In this document: positions 24,447 to 36,700 of the stretch, one piece after another
Layout: each line of letters starts with the position of its first letter
Numbering within the stretch: the first letter of the stretch is position 1
NCBI GenBank assembly: GCA_976551045.1
Contig: CDPCPM010000281.1
Coordinates: forward strand, 3,038,001 to 3,102,000
Reading direction: 5' to 3'
DNA length: 64,000 nt
Origin: Glaucostegus cemiculus
Taxonomy: Eukaryota
Translations under genes and position numbers: made by a program
The notes under the pieces: generated by a model
Seen by the model: only the letters and a program-made list of their open reading frames with translations
The model's database searches: none
What the model was told of the DNA's origin: nothing

Positions 24447-24802
24447 GAGCAAGGGTGTAGAGGTGGAACCGTGACATTCGAAACTTCGGGTTGTGGGGTC
24501 GGGCGTCAAGTTAACCTTGTTGTGGCCTTTGCCTCGAATCTGGCCTTGGTAACAATGTCTTTGATGTACTGAGCAATTTATGAGAAGCAATGTTGACACA
24601 GCGACATTCAGCGCTTTCTTTTAAGAGGAAGACGTTCTTAATTTATTCACCTCGCCGTCTCCTGTTTTAAAAGACAAATAACTCACAAACCGTCAGAAGA
24701 AATCAAAGTTGCTTAGGGGAAGGATTAAACGAGGGGAAATGTTAATCAATGATAAATGCATTTTAGGTAGGTATACAGAACGAGGAGAGGAGGAAAGAGA
24801 GT

Positions 24803-24823
24803 TATATATATATATATATATAT
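24803..24823. repeat. (TA)n microsatellite
   Basis: Directly visible. Confidence 0.95.
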
Positions 24824-26555
24824 GTGAATAGTACCAAAATTAAATTAATGCATAAGTATATACAACTTGAAACAATAATGCCTAAGCGGTTAAACAAGAA
24901 TCCCTAAATGTAGAAGAAGTTAAAGATATATTTGGAATAATTATTATAAGCAACTGATTTCGTAGTATGCTAACATTTATATTTGTATGGTCTTTAATTA
25001 TTGTCGATAAGATGTGGATTTTGTAAATGCATTAACATTTTTCATAACTAAGGCCGCTTTAGCTTGGATATTGTTGCAATGATTTAGTTCTTTTAGCATG
25101 TTATTATTCAGCAATCAGCTCTTGGGATGTCCCCTGCATCACCAGTTGTAAGCCCTGCAGGGTCCTTGACGTTGTAACTACACCTAACCCCAAAGGATAA
25201 ATGTAGTCCGTCCACAAGCGCGAATTCTAACACGGGGCTGGGTATCTGCCCAGAAATATATTTTTATTCGCCTTTTTTTTATAAACAGGAACTGAGTTAC
25301 GACGCTTCTGGAAATTGGGTCTTAACGGCATCAAGACATTGTCGAATTTCATTATAATTAAAGTCGCTGTTAAGTACAATCGAGAGTTAATTGTTATTTC
25401 TGAAGTGATGACTGGGGATAAAACGTGCAAGTGAATAAGCCATTCCTACTCCTGATTGTATATGTGCTCAGCAATCTATCCTCTCCAGGCTTCACAGAGC
25501 ACAGATAATTCCTGGTGACAGTGCTTTGAGCTAGCCGAGTTAAAACCAAAGGTTTAATCACTCCATGCACACCGAATGCCAGGCATGGGGTGTTCTCGTG
25601 GCTGCTCGCACAAGCAGCACAGAAACAAGGCCTAATCCCAATGCTTGCCTTAGGGTCAGTCAGTGCCTTCAAGGGTTTAGACGACGCAAACGCCAGGATT
25701 CACTCGCTGCTTCGGTTATGTACCGCGGGGCAGCCCCACGGAGGCAGTAACCGTGGAACTAAATCGTATCTCAGATGATCTTTGCAAAACTAGAATCACC
25801 CAATAGCTGCAAGGGTAAACAGCACCATAGGGCGACTTTCGCAAACCATACAGTTCTGCACTAGCCGGAGGGATACCGATACCCCGGAGACCCAGTCCAT
25901 CATAAATTGCAATACCATGTTGGGAACCTCCACTTTAACCTTTTAAAGTCTTCAGGAGAAACATTGCACCTACTCTTACCACAACAAATCTTATTTCTGA
26001 CATATAGTAGGTTGAGACTGTCCTATTCTTTTTCCTAATGAATAATTAAATCTCATTTTTCTCGCTCGTCATTGCGAAGACCTCTTTACATTGTTCACCT
26101 TTAAGCAACACCTCCGGCTTTTCGAACAATTTTTACCCGAATCACACCTCCAATTCCGCCGTCTCCCCCTCTTCACTCTCGAAATAAAACACCTATTCCT
26201 TCGGTAAATGGAGTGATGCCTGATACAGCAAATATTTCTGTATGTCATGTAACAAGCAGGCACACACACAGACACACACAGACAAATCCAGAACCAGATT
26301 AGAAACGTGCTCACTGCACACACTCGACTCCCAACAACTTCCCTCCCCGGTGACATAGAACTTAACTCTCTCCATAATGCTATCAGCTGGATTCAGGACT
26401 CTGGGTACATTCTCTTTCCTATTTCTTGCATCTCTTACCTGGACTGCTACTCCCTGCCTTCACAAACCTGATCACTGCTGGAGATGGTCTCACAAATGCA
26501 GTTCCCGCAGTGATGCGACTTCCTGGTCTCGTTCAGACCCCAATCCCTTGCATAA

Positions 26556-26650
26556 ATAAAACAGAAAATGTTGCAAGCACTCAGCAGATCAGGCAGCATC
26601 TGTGGAAAGGGAAACTGTTAAAACTTCAAATAAAAGGATCCTTCATCATA
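26556..26650 (-). mobile_element. Degenerate single arm of the Penelope-type repeat family
   Basis: aaacagaaaatgttg..cactcagcagatcaggcagcatctgtggaaagg..ccttcatca matches the family arm. Confidence 0.65.
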
Positions 26651-29600
26651 AATTAATCTCTTGTTCTCTTGACCGGCAGCATTATTGATTGTTCTGTTTC
26701 TGGGACATAACTGAGTTCACGGTCGGGAATAAACAAAATTAAAAGGTAGGAGAGGAAAGTAAAGGAGGACAGAGAGGATAAGGAGAGTGGGGAAATAGAT
26801 GTGATAGAAAGAATTACTTTTGTAGTTAATCCCATGCTGGAGGAGTGTGAAAAACCATGGGATCTCGCTGGTATTCCCCACTCAATAATTAAAAATGGTA
26901 AAACCTAACTCAAAAAAAAGGTCCATAGATTTATAGCAATTCTATTGTGCATAAATGCAGGAGTTTAATGAAAATAGAATGAATTAATTTTCAGATTGCA
27001 ATTGGGAAGAGAGATGAGAGCAGGTGTTTAAAAATAAGTGTGTGTTTGTATGTTTGTGTGTATGTACGTAAATCACTTTTTTTAATTTAGTTGCACAAAT
27101 GCAGCTCAGAGTCTGGGGGGGGGAGGAAATTCAATGAGAGACAGAAAAGGATAGATTGGGGAAAAATAACAGAATTGGAGAGCAGCAAAAAAGCAGAGTG
27201 TAGGAGAGATGTAATGTACAGAGATCAGAGAAGGGAATACAAATGCAAATAAGAAAAAAAGTAAGAAAACATCACAAAATGTATAGAAAGAATGAAGTGG
27301 GTGGAGGGAATAGGATATAGAGGAACAAGATAAATAGACACTTAAAGAATGCAGAAGCTATGAAAATCAAACTGTGACAGAGAAAAGAAATAATCAAAAT
27401 ATGTTGCAGGATTTGCAAGACAGGGGTTTTAAAGACTGTAAGAGAAATAAAAATATTATAAACAGAATAAGCAAGAGAGAGTTTTAAGTGATTGGAAAAG
27501 AGAAAAAGGAACTATAAAAATACAGTAGCAACAAACAGAATGAAGGTATCAGAAAGAAAATGTGCATTTTACTTGATTACCAACTATGCTTCTGTTGCTG
27601 ATGGAGTGGAGATAGTTGGCGGTAGATGAGGAACAGAGACATAAATTTGTTCTCAGGATGGGGACGGGAAATCTGCAGGAGCAGAATACCCATTGAAAGG
27701 CAGAAATGGGGAGAGAAACCTTTTCTTAATCAAACGAGGAAACATGACTGGATCTGCTAAGCGAGAAATAGTTTTATTCTAAGTATTCTAAAGCAATACA
27801 TCATTTGATTTATTCCAGACAATATTGTGGAAGATCCAAAACATCCTTGGAATTGTATAGTGTACTATCAACTCTTTCTGGAGGATCACAACAATTCATG
27901 TCCAATTAAGTTACTTTGAAAGTGTTAATAAGCTAATAGATATATAAACTATTGAAATATCATTGTGAACCAAAAGATTTTGCGTATCTATCTGCATTCC
28001 CTATTAGTGAATTCAGACTGAAAGAAGCCAGTTTTTGCTTACACCTTCTTTATATTACTCCGTGACAAATATTGTCTGTTAATGTTCCTGTAAAGTGCCT
28101 TGCCATGGTTTGGTATGTACAAGGCAATATATAAGATTTTTATTTTATGCATATGAAAAGATTCAGTATTCAGCAGAGTTAAAATTTTAAGTGCAAACAG
28201 AATTCTTGTCTGTTCAATTTAAACCAGTTAAAATGGCATTTATTTTTTGAGGGAAAATTTTAAAGTGGAACAATATAGTTAAGAAATAATGATTGAAGTT
28301 GCATACCATCTTTATGGTTTATTGAAACCTTTCTCTTTTTCAGTAGTTACAGTAATCAAACTCCTTACTTATCAGTATAACACATTAGAATTCATATTAA
28401 CCCAGTGGATTCCGTTGGATCTGGGAATGGGGGATGAATGAAAAATGTAGGAATTTGTTTTCAGCCTCTACAGTTGACCCATAAACTACAGGCTTAGCTA
28501 TATTTACAAATTTACATAGCTGATATGTATGACCAGTTGGTATTTATAGGGATAGCATGGGATTCCAATTTTGAAGCAATGATATCATGCACTCTATTTT
28601 CAAATTGCAGGGTATAAGGCTAGAGTGCATTTAGGTAGTTGGAATTTAAAGCACATATTCACCAATAAAGATAATGCTGAAACGTATTGCACATTTCACA
28701 CAAGATATTTTCTATTTTTTTCATTCTGTTCCAGGTTACCCTCTTCTTCATGCCATTTAGTGTTCCAGCTGGGACAGGAAGAACAGGCAACCTGCTCTGA
28801 GGCCCTTGCTAAAAGCTCCTCTGTAAATGGAGATGCAAGGCACAGCCTGGGATGACTCATTCCTTGATTTTTCTTTCTCATTGGGAAACCTCTCTCTCTG
28901 ATTTGGCACCACTCCCTGATTTCCTGGTGTGGAGAATCATGGGCATAAAACCTGCACCTTACTGTTCCTTGGCATAACGTTCTGGCATTTAAACAGACTG
29001 GAATATATACTACTACATGTTAAGACTGAAGGACAAGAATAATCATTGATCAAACACATAACATGGAGTTCAATATAGAATACGTTTGAAATTTAACCTT
29101 TCCCAAGTTATCAGATTCTATCCATTGGATCCTATTTGGTTTTATCATCAATTCCACATAATATGACAGAACATTCAATGTAGGAGTAGCTATATATTGA
29201 ATAATGTGCAAATTATACTGTGCACTTTTATGCATAATATATAAATGTAGTTTCTGAGTGTAAAACTTCAGACAATCTTTGCAACTACTGGTAAATAGTG
29301 TAGATTTTGGTGATTACCATTGGTTAATCTGACAGTTATAAATATCTCCTGAATAAAATACACTAACTAATACACCAGCTCTGTTTGTGAATGTCTACAT
29401 TTCGCTCCTTTTGTCCACCCCTTTATTATTCTCCAGTGGAACTTCTATTAATGTCTATCTTACAACATGATAGTCATTTTTTAACTGTCTTCATCAATAA
29501 AACATTCATTCCAGACACACAGTCTCATTTTCTTCCACCTTTAATGTGTTGTCCAACATTTTGAATAAAAGTAACAGATCAGCTGTCCTTTGCAACTCTA

Positions 29601-29887
29601 TGTTTTGGTGTGGCCACAAAAGACATAAAAGCTTCAAAAACTCTGGGTCATGTTCCTGGTTTGCGGTGTAATCACTGACCGTAGCCAAAACCAGAGTGAA
29701 AAAAAGAGATGTTTTTACTCCATAGTACCCAAAAGTTGCTTGCTATCCAATGGTCTGTGCTGAGCAAAATCAACACAGTACTAAAAAAATGTCTTGCCCC
29801 TAGTGAATCCAAATCCTTTATTTAATATGATTTACAGACCATTATCTCAACTGAACCTAAAAGATCTTATGGCATTATTTTGAGGAA

Positions 29888-30140
29888 GTGTGTGTGGAGT
29901 TTGTACATTCTCCCTGTGACTGCATAAGTTACCCCTGGGTGCTCCGGTTCCCTCCAACATCCCAAAGGACATATGGGTCGGTGGTTAATTGAATTGTGTA
30001 AATTGTCCCCTTAGTGTGTGCACGAGGGGTTGAATGTGGGGAAAGTTGAAGAGAATGTGGGGAGAAGAAAATGGGAGAAGTGTAAATGGATGGCATGACC
30101 TCAGTGGACCGAAGGGCCTGTTTCTGTGCTGCGTGATTCT
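29888..30140 (+). mobile_element. HE1/V-SINE-like SINE, 5'-truncated
   Basis: V-domain-like gtggagtttgtacattctccctgtgactgc..gggtgctccggttccctccaacatcccaaag, ending in a CR1-type tail (gaccgaagggcctgtttctgtgctg). Confidence 0.8.
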
Positions 30141-30184
30141 ACAGGAGCTGAGTCCTGACCAGTATTCATCCTTTAACCAAACAG

Positions 30185-30370
30185 GTCTAAGACAGATTAT
30201 GTGACCACCTTCACATTGCTGCTTGTTGGAGCATACATTTAGCAAAATGATGACAGTGTTCCCCATATTTTAACAATGATCGCATTTCAAGATCTGTGAT
30301 TGGCTGCAAAGCACTTTGAGATGTCCTGGAAGGGATGTGAGAGGCGTAAAGTGAATGTAAATTCCCTTTT
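30185..30370 (+). mobile_element. Deu-type SINE 3' fragment (SacSINE1/AmnSINE-like)
   Basis: attggctgcaaagcactttgagatgtcctg..gtgagaggcg..aatgtaaatt resembles the recalled 3' part of the family. A reverse-oriented relative lies at 45155-45495. Confidence 0.6.
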
Positions 30371-33269
30371 TTATCAGTTATTCATTTACAGTTATAGCAG
30401 ATGTAAGTATCTTCTTTTTTTTGAGTACAGCCACTTATTTTGCAGATCAATATTCAGAAGTATTTTTTTACAGAAAAGCCACAGTTCTAGGCGTGCAGCA
30501 CTACACTGCACTTGACCATTTTCCTCATTTAAATTTCTGCCTGCTGTTCTTAATACCCGGTGTCAGAAAACCTGGCAGCAGGATATGAAAGAAAAATGGA
30601 TATGCATTTCTATTATGAATAGCTGTATTCAATATGAAACTGTTCATTATGTGGTTTGTTTGTGTGTGATTAAGTTTCAGTAAATAGGTTAAGTTGGACA
30701 GTTTATACTCTCAAAAAGCAAGATAATTATCATATGTTGTCCATTAAGTCCACAAATGATTATTGCCATCTCTGGAATGGTGGAAATCAAATGGTGCCAC
30801 GAATGTTTGGATAACCTCAAAAAAGTAATGTTTAATGGCAAGTCCTATCTACTAATGAATTGCCATCATCAACTCTGAGACATGCTTCCTTCAATTATAA
30901 GTTTGTATGAACATTTTCATTTATTTCTGTTTAATCATAGGCCCTGCATCCATGAGCATTTTTATTTGCTCGTACTAATTTGGCATGCTATTTTTCAAAT
31001 TTTACTTTGTCTGCCCTGTTTTCAGCTGAACTAAGTTTGCTGAGAGATTTTGTTGTCGGAACACTGTCAACCAGAAAAGACATGAGTTGCTTAAGCAATG
31101 CTGAGCACAGTTTGCCCTCTGAGATTCCTGACGTGAACTGCATGCATAATGTTTGCACATTACTCAAAGGTTATTTGCATATTTTGTGTGCAGTTTGGGT
31201 GAAGTTCTGGATATTAACTGCATAGCGTAGGGAGATACTTTAGCAAGCAAGAAATGATCTAATAGCAAAGTGGGTTGATTATTATCTTGTTGCCGAGAAC
31301 TGAAGAGTAAATTGGCATGACAGGAGTCATGCTGTAAAACTTTTACATTAGTATTGAACTATATTGACACATTACTGAGAAAAGATGTAGTTTAAAGCTA
31401 AGTGAATATGAATAATGTCCACAGTTAAGTAGATATCTGTTGGGTGAATTTAATCTCAATCCTTGACATATTTAAATTTATGGGTGCACTTTTGGCTAAA
31501 ACTAAGTATGGATCATACCACTGTTATTGATTCAAAATTCTTATGTGAGCAATATCTCATATTTTGGCTGAATTTTGCATATCAGCTAAAATATCCTCAC
31601 TGATTTCTGGGCCAATAACAGGGATGCTGGAGTTGAATTTGTTAACAGATCAAGTAAAGAGAGCTTATGTTAAATTCTTAGCCATATGTTTCCCATTGAA
31701 TACTAGCAGTGGTAGTCCAGTGTTGGAAACAGAGGAACTAAAGGAATAGGAAGTTGTGGAGACTGAACAACAACAAAAGAGCATGTGGCAAATTGGGGTA
31801 GCCAAGACAAAGGGTGGAATGGAATGCAGGAAATGTGTTACTTGGGTGGAAGTCACAAATACCCCTATGTTAAGTATCAAATTAATGTCTAACTCATCAT
31901 CTACTTACATGTGACATCTTTCTTCGTATAAGAGGGCAGAACTAAAAAATAGTATAATGTAATTCCACACCTTGGCACTTAAATGTGAATATGTACTCTT
32001 GCATCAACAGAACATCTTTTGAAATGTGTTAACCCTGCTGATAATTAGTCTACCAATATTATGGTATAACTGCATTTTAAATGTCCACAGAACAAATCCA
32101 AAAAGTATGGCTCAGCATCAGATACATTTACACATCAAGATAGCTTTCAAAGCTAACAAAAATTGACTTCTGCTGGTGTCATTAGCCTCGTCCGACTACT
32201 GCAACAGTAAACATATGATCAACACTGCATTGGTTAGTCCATACTCGGTGTTCCCTCCCCTGCCAGCACTTTATATGTTCAGCTTTGATCTTGAATGGCA
32301 ATTGTCCAGTTTTACAAAGTGTGCAAGTGAAGATATGCCTCAAATAAGAAATTTGGTGAAAGATAACACCCAAATGCTAAATAAATGATACTGAAATGCA
32401 GTTAATGAAAAGCCATCTAGCATATAAATTACATTTAAGCTAAACATCTCATCATTATTGATGTGTTTCATCCCCTGATATATAACAGTAGCAATATGAT
32501 GGTACAATATTTTGGAAAAGGAATGATGACAAAATGATCATTACTCATCTTCCACTGTGTGTTCCATTGTAGCACAGACTTACTTACATGTACCACCAGA
32601 TGTTAATATTGAGTGCAAAGAAATGTATGTAAGATCTCACAAATATGTATAATTTTCAAGACATCATGACATGCAGCACAACTAAGCTACATTTCCTTTC
32701 TACTATGCCAATATTCAATTATTAGCACAAGCTCCTCAACATTTTAACATTGGGTAAGTTTCAGAATATTCCATTTTGGGATGTCCCGAGGTCCTAAGTC
32801 ACTTTATAATGTCTCCTTTGATGCACGATATGTGATTTGCTTTACAGAGGTAATAAAACAGTTAAACTTAACAAGTGTGTCAGCATTATAATGTAGGTAT
32901 GTTCCCATAAATCACTGGCATCCATTCTAGTGCATTTAAACTCTCATGAGTAAGATGTAACGAGAGAATCAAACTTTAAAAAAATCAAATAAATGCACTA
33001 TTCACCTACATTTAACACGCAAAATGAAATTCTTAGCTGGCTGGTATAAATAGTTGGGCAGCATGCATGATTCCTGAGTGTGAACACAAGATAAGATTTC
33101 ATTGTGCTATTTTTATGTAAATCAGTACATTGCTTTATAAATCGGTCAAAAAGGTGATGTTTGCAGATAAGAGATTCAACCCCTTGCTATGTCCACCTAT
33201 TTATTTACCTATACTCACTATTTACTCACTTATTTACCTAATACAATGCGATCCTAATCTTGCTGCTGT

Positions 33270-33750
33270 ACAGTGTGGTAGAATAAATTTTACTGTCATT
33301 TGCTCTCATCTTCAAGAAAGGAGACAAGTTTGACTGCAGTAATTACAAAGAGGTCTTCCTGCTGTCTGCTGTAAGGAAAATCATCGTAAACATCCTTCTC
33401 AGTTTCTTCCTCCCAGCGACTGAGTCACTCCTCCCAGGGTCGCAATGAGAATTATGTCAATCAAGAGGTGTAACATAAATGATTTCCACTGTACAGGAAA
33501 TCCAGAAGATTTGCACAGAGCAGTGCCAGACCACGCAAAAGCCGTCAACTCCAGCAACTGAGAGGGATTATGAAGACCTCTTCTCAAATTTGGCTGTCCT
33601 CAGAAATTTGTTATCGTTCTATGTATGCTGTGTGATGACATGCAAGCTGTAACCTTAACCAATAGGTTCTTAGGCCCAATCCCAGTGCAGACTGGGGTTA
33701 AGCAAGGTGGTGTCATTACACCAATCCCCTTCTCAATCATTCCTGTTGTT
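33270..33750 (+). mobile_element. Degraded RTE-clade LINE reverse-transcriptase fragment
   Basis: Broken frames give DCSNY..LLS..K, KFGCPQKF and VQTGVKQGGVITP..FSI, which are typical RTE RT motifs. Confidence 0.75.
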
Positions 33751-35374
33751 ATCTGCACACTGTGATTTGTAAGCTCAGCATTATTACAAGTTTATCTTGC
33801 ATTATATTCAGCATGAATTAACTGTATCTCTTGTTGAAGAAAATATCTTATTAGGAATTCTGTGACAGATATATACATGCAATTGACATAACATGATCAG
33901 AGACAGTGAAAACTAATATTTGCTTTATGTTCTATTTATCTATCTGATTAGAAATTACTTGCTATGGCTTAACTTAATTGTACCTACTTTTACCAGTGTT
34001 ATTTTTACTTTTATTGCAAAGGCTAACTTAAAATATCATAAATTGGTGCAAAAATTGTAAAGGTTTCGACTTGATGGATTTTTTTTGTTCACAGAATCAA
34101 CTAAATTAAAATACAAGTTAAATAAATTTATTATATACCATGTGCATTTCTTATATATCCCAAAACTTTAATCTTGGGAAATAGACCATAGACATAGAAA
34201 ATGTGAATTGCAAATTAATATTTATAGCCAGTAAACCAGTAACAATTCTCATATATACTGGCTTGCTTATTTGTAGCTGTGTTGCCAATGTACAGTATCA
34301 GAAATTGTTTCTTGGAATTGCAGCTGGAATATCCAGTTACACAGTAATAGATTTTATTTCTGCCATAGTTCCTGAAATGAATGACTTCTGTAAAAATGCG
34401 TGCACTGACAGCAATTTGCATTAATTAAAGGGCTTCAACTGCTTCTTCCCTCTACAAACATAAACAATAAGTCAAACTGCATGTGAATACAGTAAGCAAC
34501 ACTGTGTTTATTTTAGGTTCAACAGTATCTCATTTACACGTGTTAATTAGAGCTAATTGGGACTAATTAAATGAACAGGAACCCCTCTGGGGATGTTCAT
34601 ACCTATAATTTTGGTAAATAGTCTTAATTAACATATGCAAGTTAGGGCTAATTAGCATTGATTAAGGGATTTTAGCTAAATTTTAAAGCGCTGCTCTTCA
34701 AATACTTTAAGCAGTACAGAATGTGGAATGAACATTAAGCATTAAACAGATAAAATGCTTTTGTTCCATTTAACATCAAGCTTATTTACTCTGTTTTAAT
34801 TAAGATATTACTTAATATCACTTGTTTGTGTGCCAATGATTATAAAGTCTTAACTTGGAGAAATGAAATGTATCCCTTTTATTGCAGATAATAATTTTAA
34901 ATCTGGTTTGAAAATTACATAATACGTTAGCCTGAAGACTAACTTTTAACTTCAAATCTTATTTAGTGAAAATGTCAGAACTATGTTTTTCCTTCAGTAG
35001 TTGTTTCATGTACAATTGCTTGCCAATAAAGAAAAAGCCCACCAGATCAATAATGTAGCCCAAAATTATTTCATGGAGTAATTTACTTAGTCAAATGTAG
35101 GAATGGGGTCATTACATCTGGGTGAGGATATCAGCCAACAATTCTCCTTTGTCAATAAAAACATTGAGGTTGGGCAATGCTTTCTTCTGTGTGCAAACCA
35201 AGATGCAAATAAACTCAGTAAAAATTTAGTTATTTATTTTCCCGATAATTTTAATTTTCTTCACAATTTGAGGGCATTGTGAGAGTAGGGGAAAAGAGAC
35301 AACAGTCTGTATCCATATAACACCTTCAATATATCGTGGAAATATCACTAGTCAAAATGAATCACATATGGAAG

Positions 35375-36700
35375 TATTAAGGAGGTTGGTTAAAAAGGTG
35401 TTTTTTGAGGAGAAGATATGGGGGTTATGGGGGAGAGAGATAAGAATGCTTATCAAAGGAATTCTAGTGTTTTGGACTCTGGCAGCTGAAGGCGTCGTTG
35501 TCAACAATGAAGTGATTAAAATCACCGTCGATCGGGAAAAGGAGGAATGTTGATATCTCAAAGGATTATATGGCTAGAGGAGATTACAGAGATAGGGAAA
35601 GATGCTGTGGAAGGAATTTGCAAACAAGGATGAAAATTGAAAATTGAGTGGTTGTTTAATTGTGATCCAAAGTAGGTCTGCAGTGTAGGGTAATAGATTA
35701 ACAAGATTTGGTGTGAGTTGGATTCAGTGGTGAACCTTGTATGATGGCTTTTTATGAGGGATAGAAAGAAGAAAACTCTCTTTGGATTGGTTAGAAAAGT
35801 CAGGTCAAGCGGTAACAAAGCAGTAATAAACAATTCAGCAGCAGATGAACTGTGGTGGAGTGGCACCAGGTGACATTAGGGAGCTGGAAAAAGACGTTCA
35901 TTGTGATGGGACTGTGTGGTCCAAAACTCATCTCAGGATCAAATATGCCATCGAAAGTGTGAGAAGTTTTGTTCAGCCTCAGATAGTTGACAAGGAGAAA
36001 GATGATTTGGGAACAGTGAAAGTGGGGACCGATGAAAATGACTTTGAAAATGTTGCCTCATCTACTACAGGAAGTCAGACAAGCAGACTGACAATTTAGA
36101 TTTAGTGGACATGGTGGTGAGGTAGAGCGTGTCATTACTTTACACGTGGGAATGAATGCTGAACATTTGAATGATGATAGGACGTAGATGAGAAGCAAGA
36201 AGCGGGCAAGAAGTAGATCTTTGGGGAAAGTCAGAAAGAGATTAGGCAAAGAAGCTATTACAACTGATTTTTCTGGGTAGATATAGCTGGATGGATGAGA
36301 ACGAAGCCAATCAAGTTTACATCCATCAGTTGTTGACAGCTGACAGGACTGGAAGAGCATGGTATGAACTGTTGCTGCAGACAGGTTAAGAAAGACAAGA
36401 AGGGGCTAGCTGACTCTTGCTAAAGTAACATGAGATGCCACTTGAAATTTTGTTAAGAGACATTTCTGTTTTGTGGCATGGGTGAAAAACTGGTTGAAGA
36501 GATTCAAGTACAGAGTTCTGGGAATGATGGTCATAGTTTGAGAGACATCAGTATTCAAAGTCTAGAGAGAAAGGAAAGGTGTAGATAACAATGGCTTCTA
36601 AGGCATAATGGTTAAGAGTTGACATTTTGATGATGGAAGATTTGATGATGGGGGAGCAAGATGTGAGGAGACAGAACCTTTAACACTATTATGGATGTGA
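35375..36700 (-). mobile_element. Ancient, highly decayed LINE remnant (L2-like)
   Basis: Long purine-rich + strand tract with L2-like composition and fragments. No intact ORF; boundaries uncertain. Confidence 0.4.
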
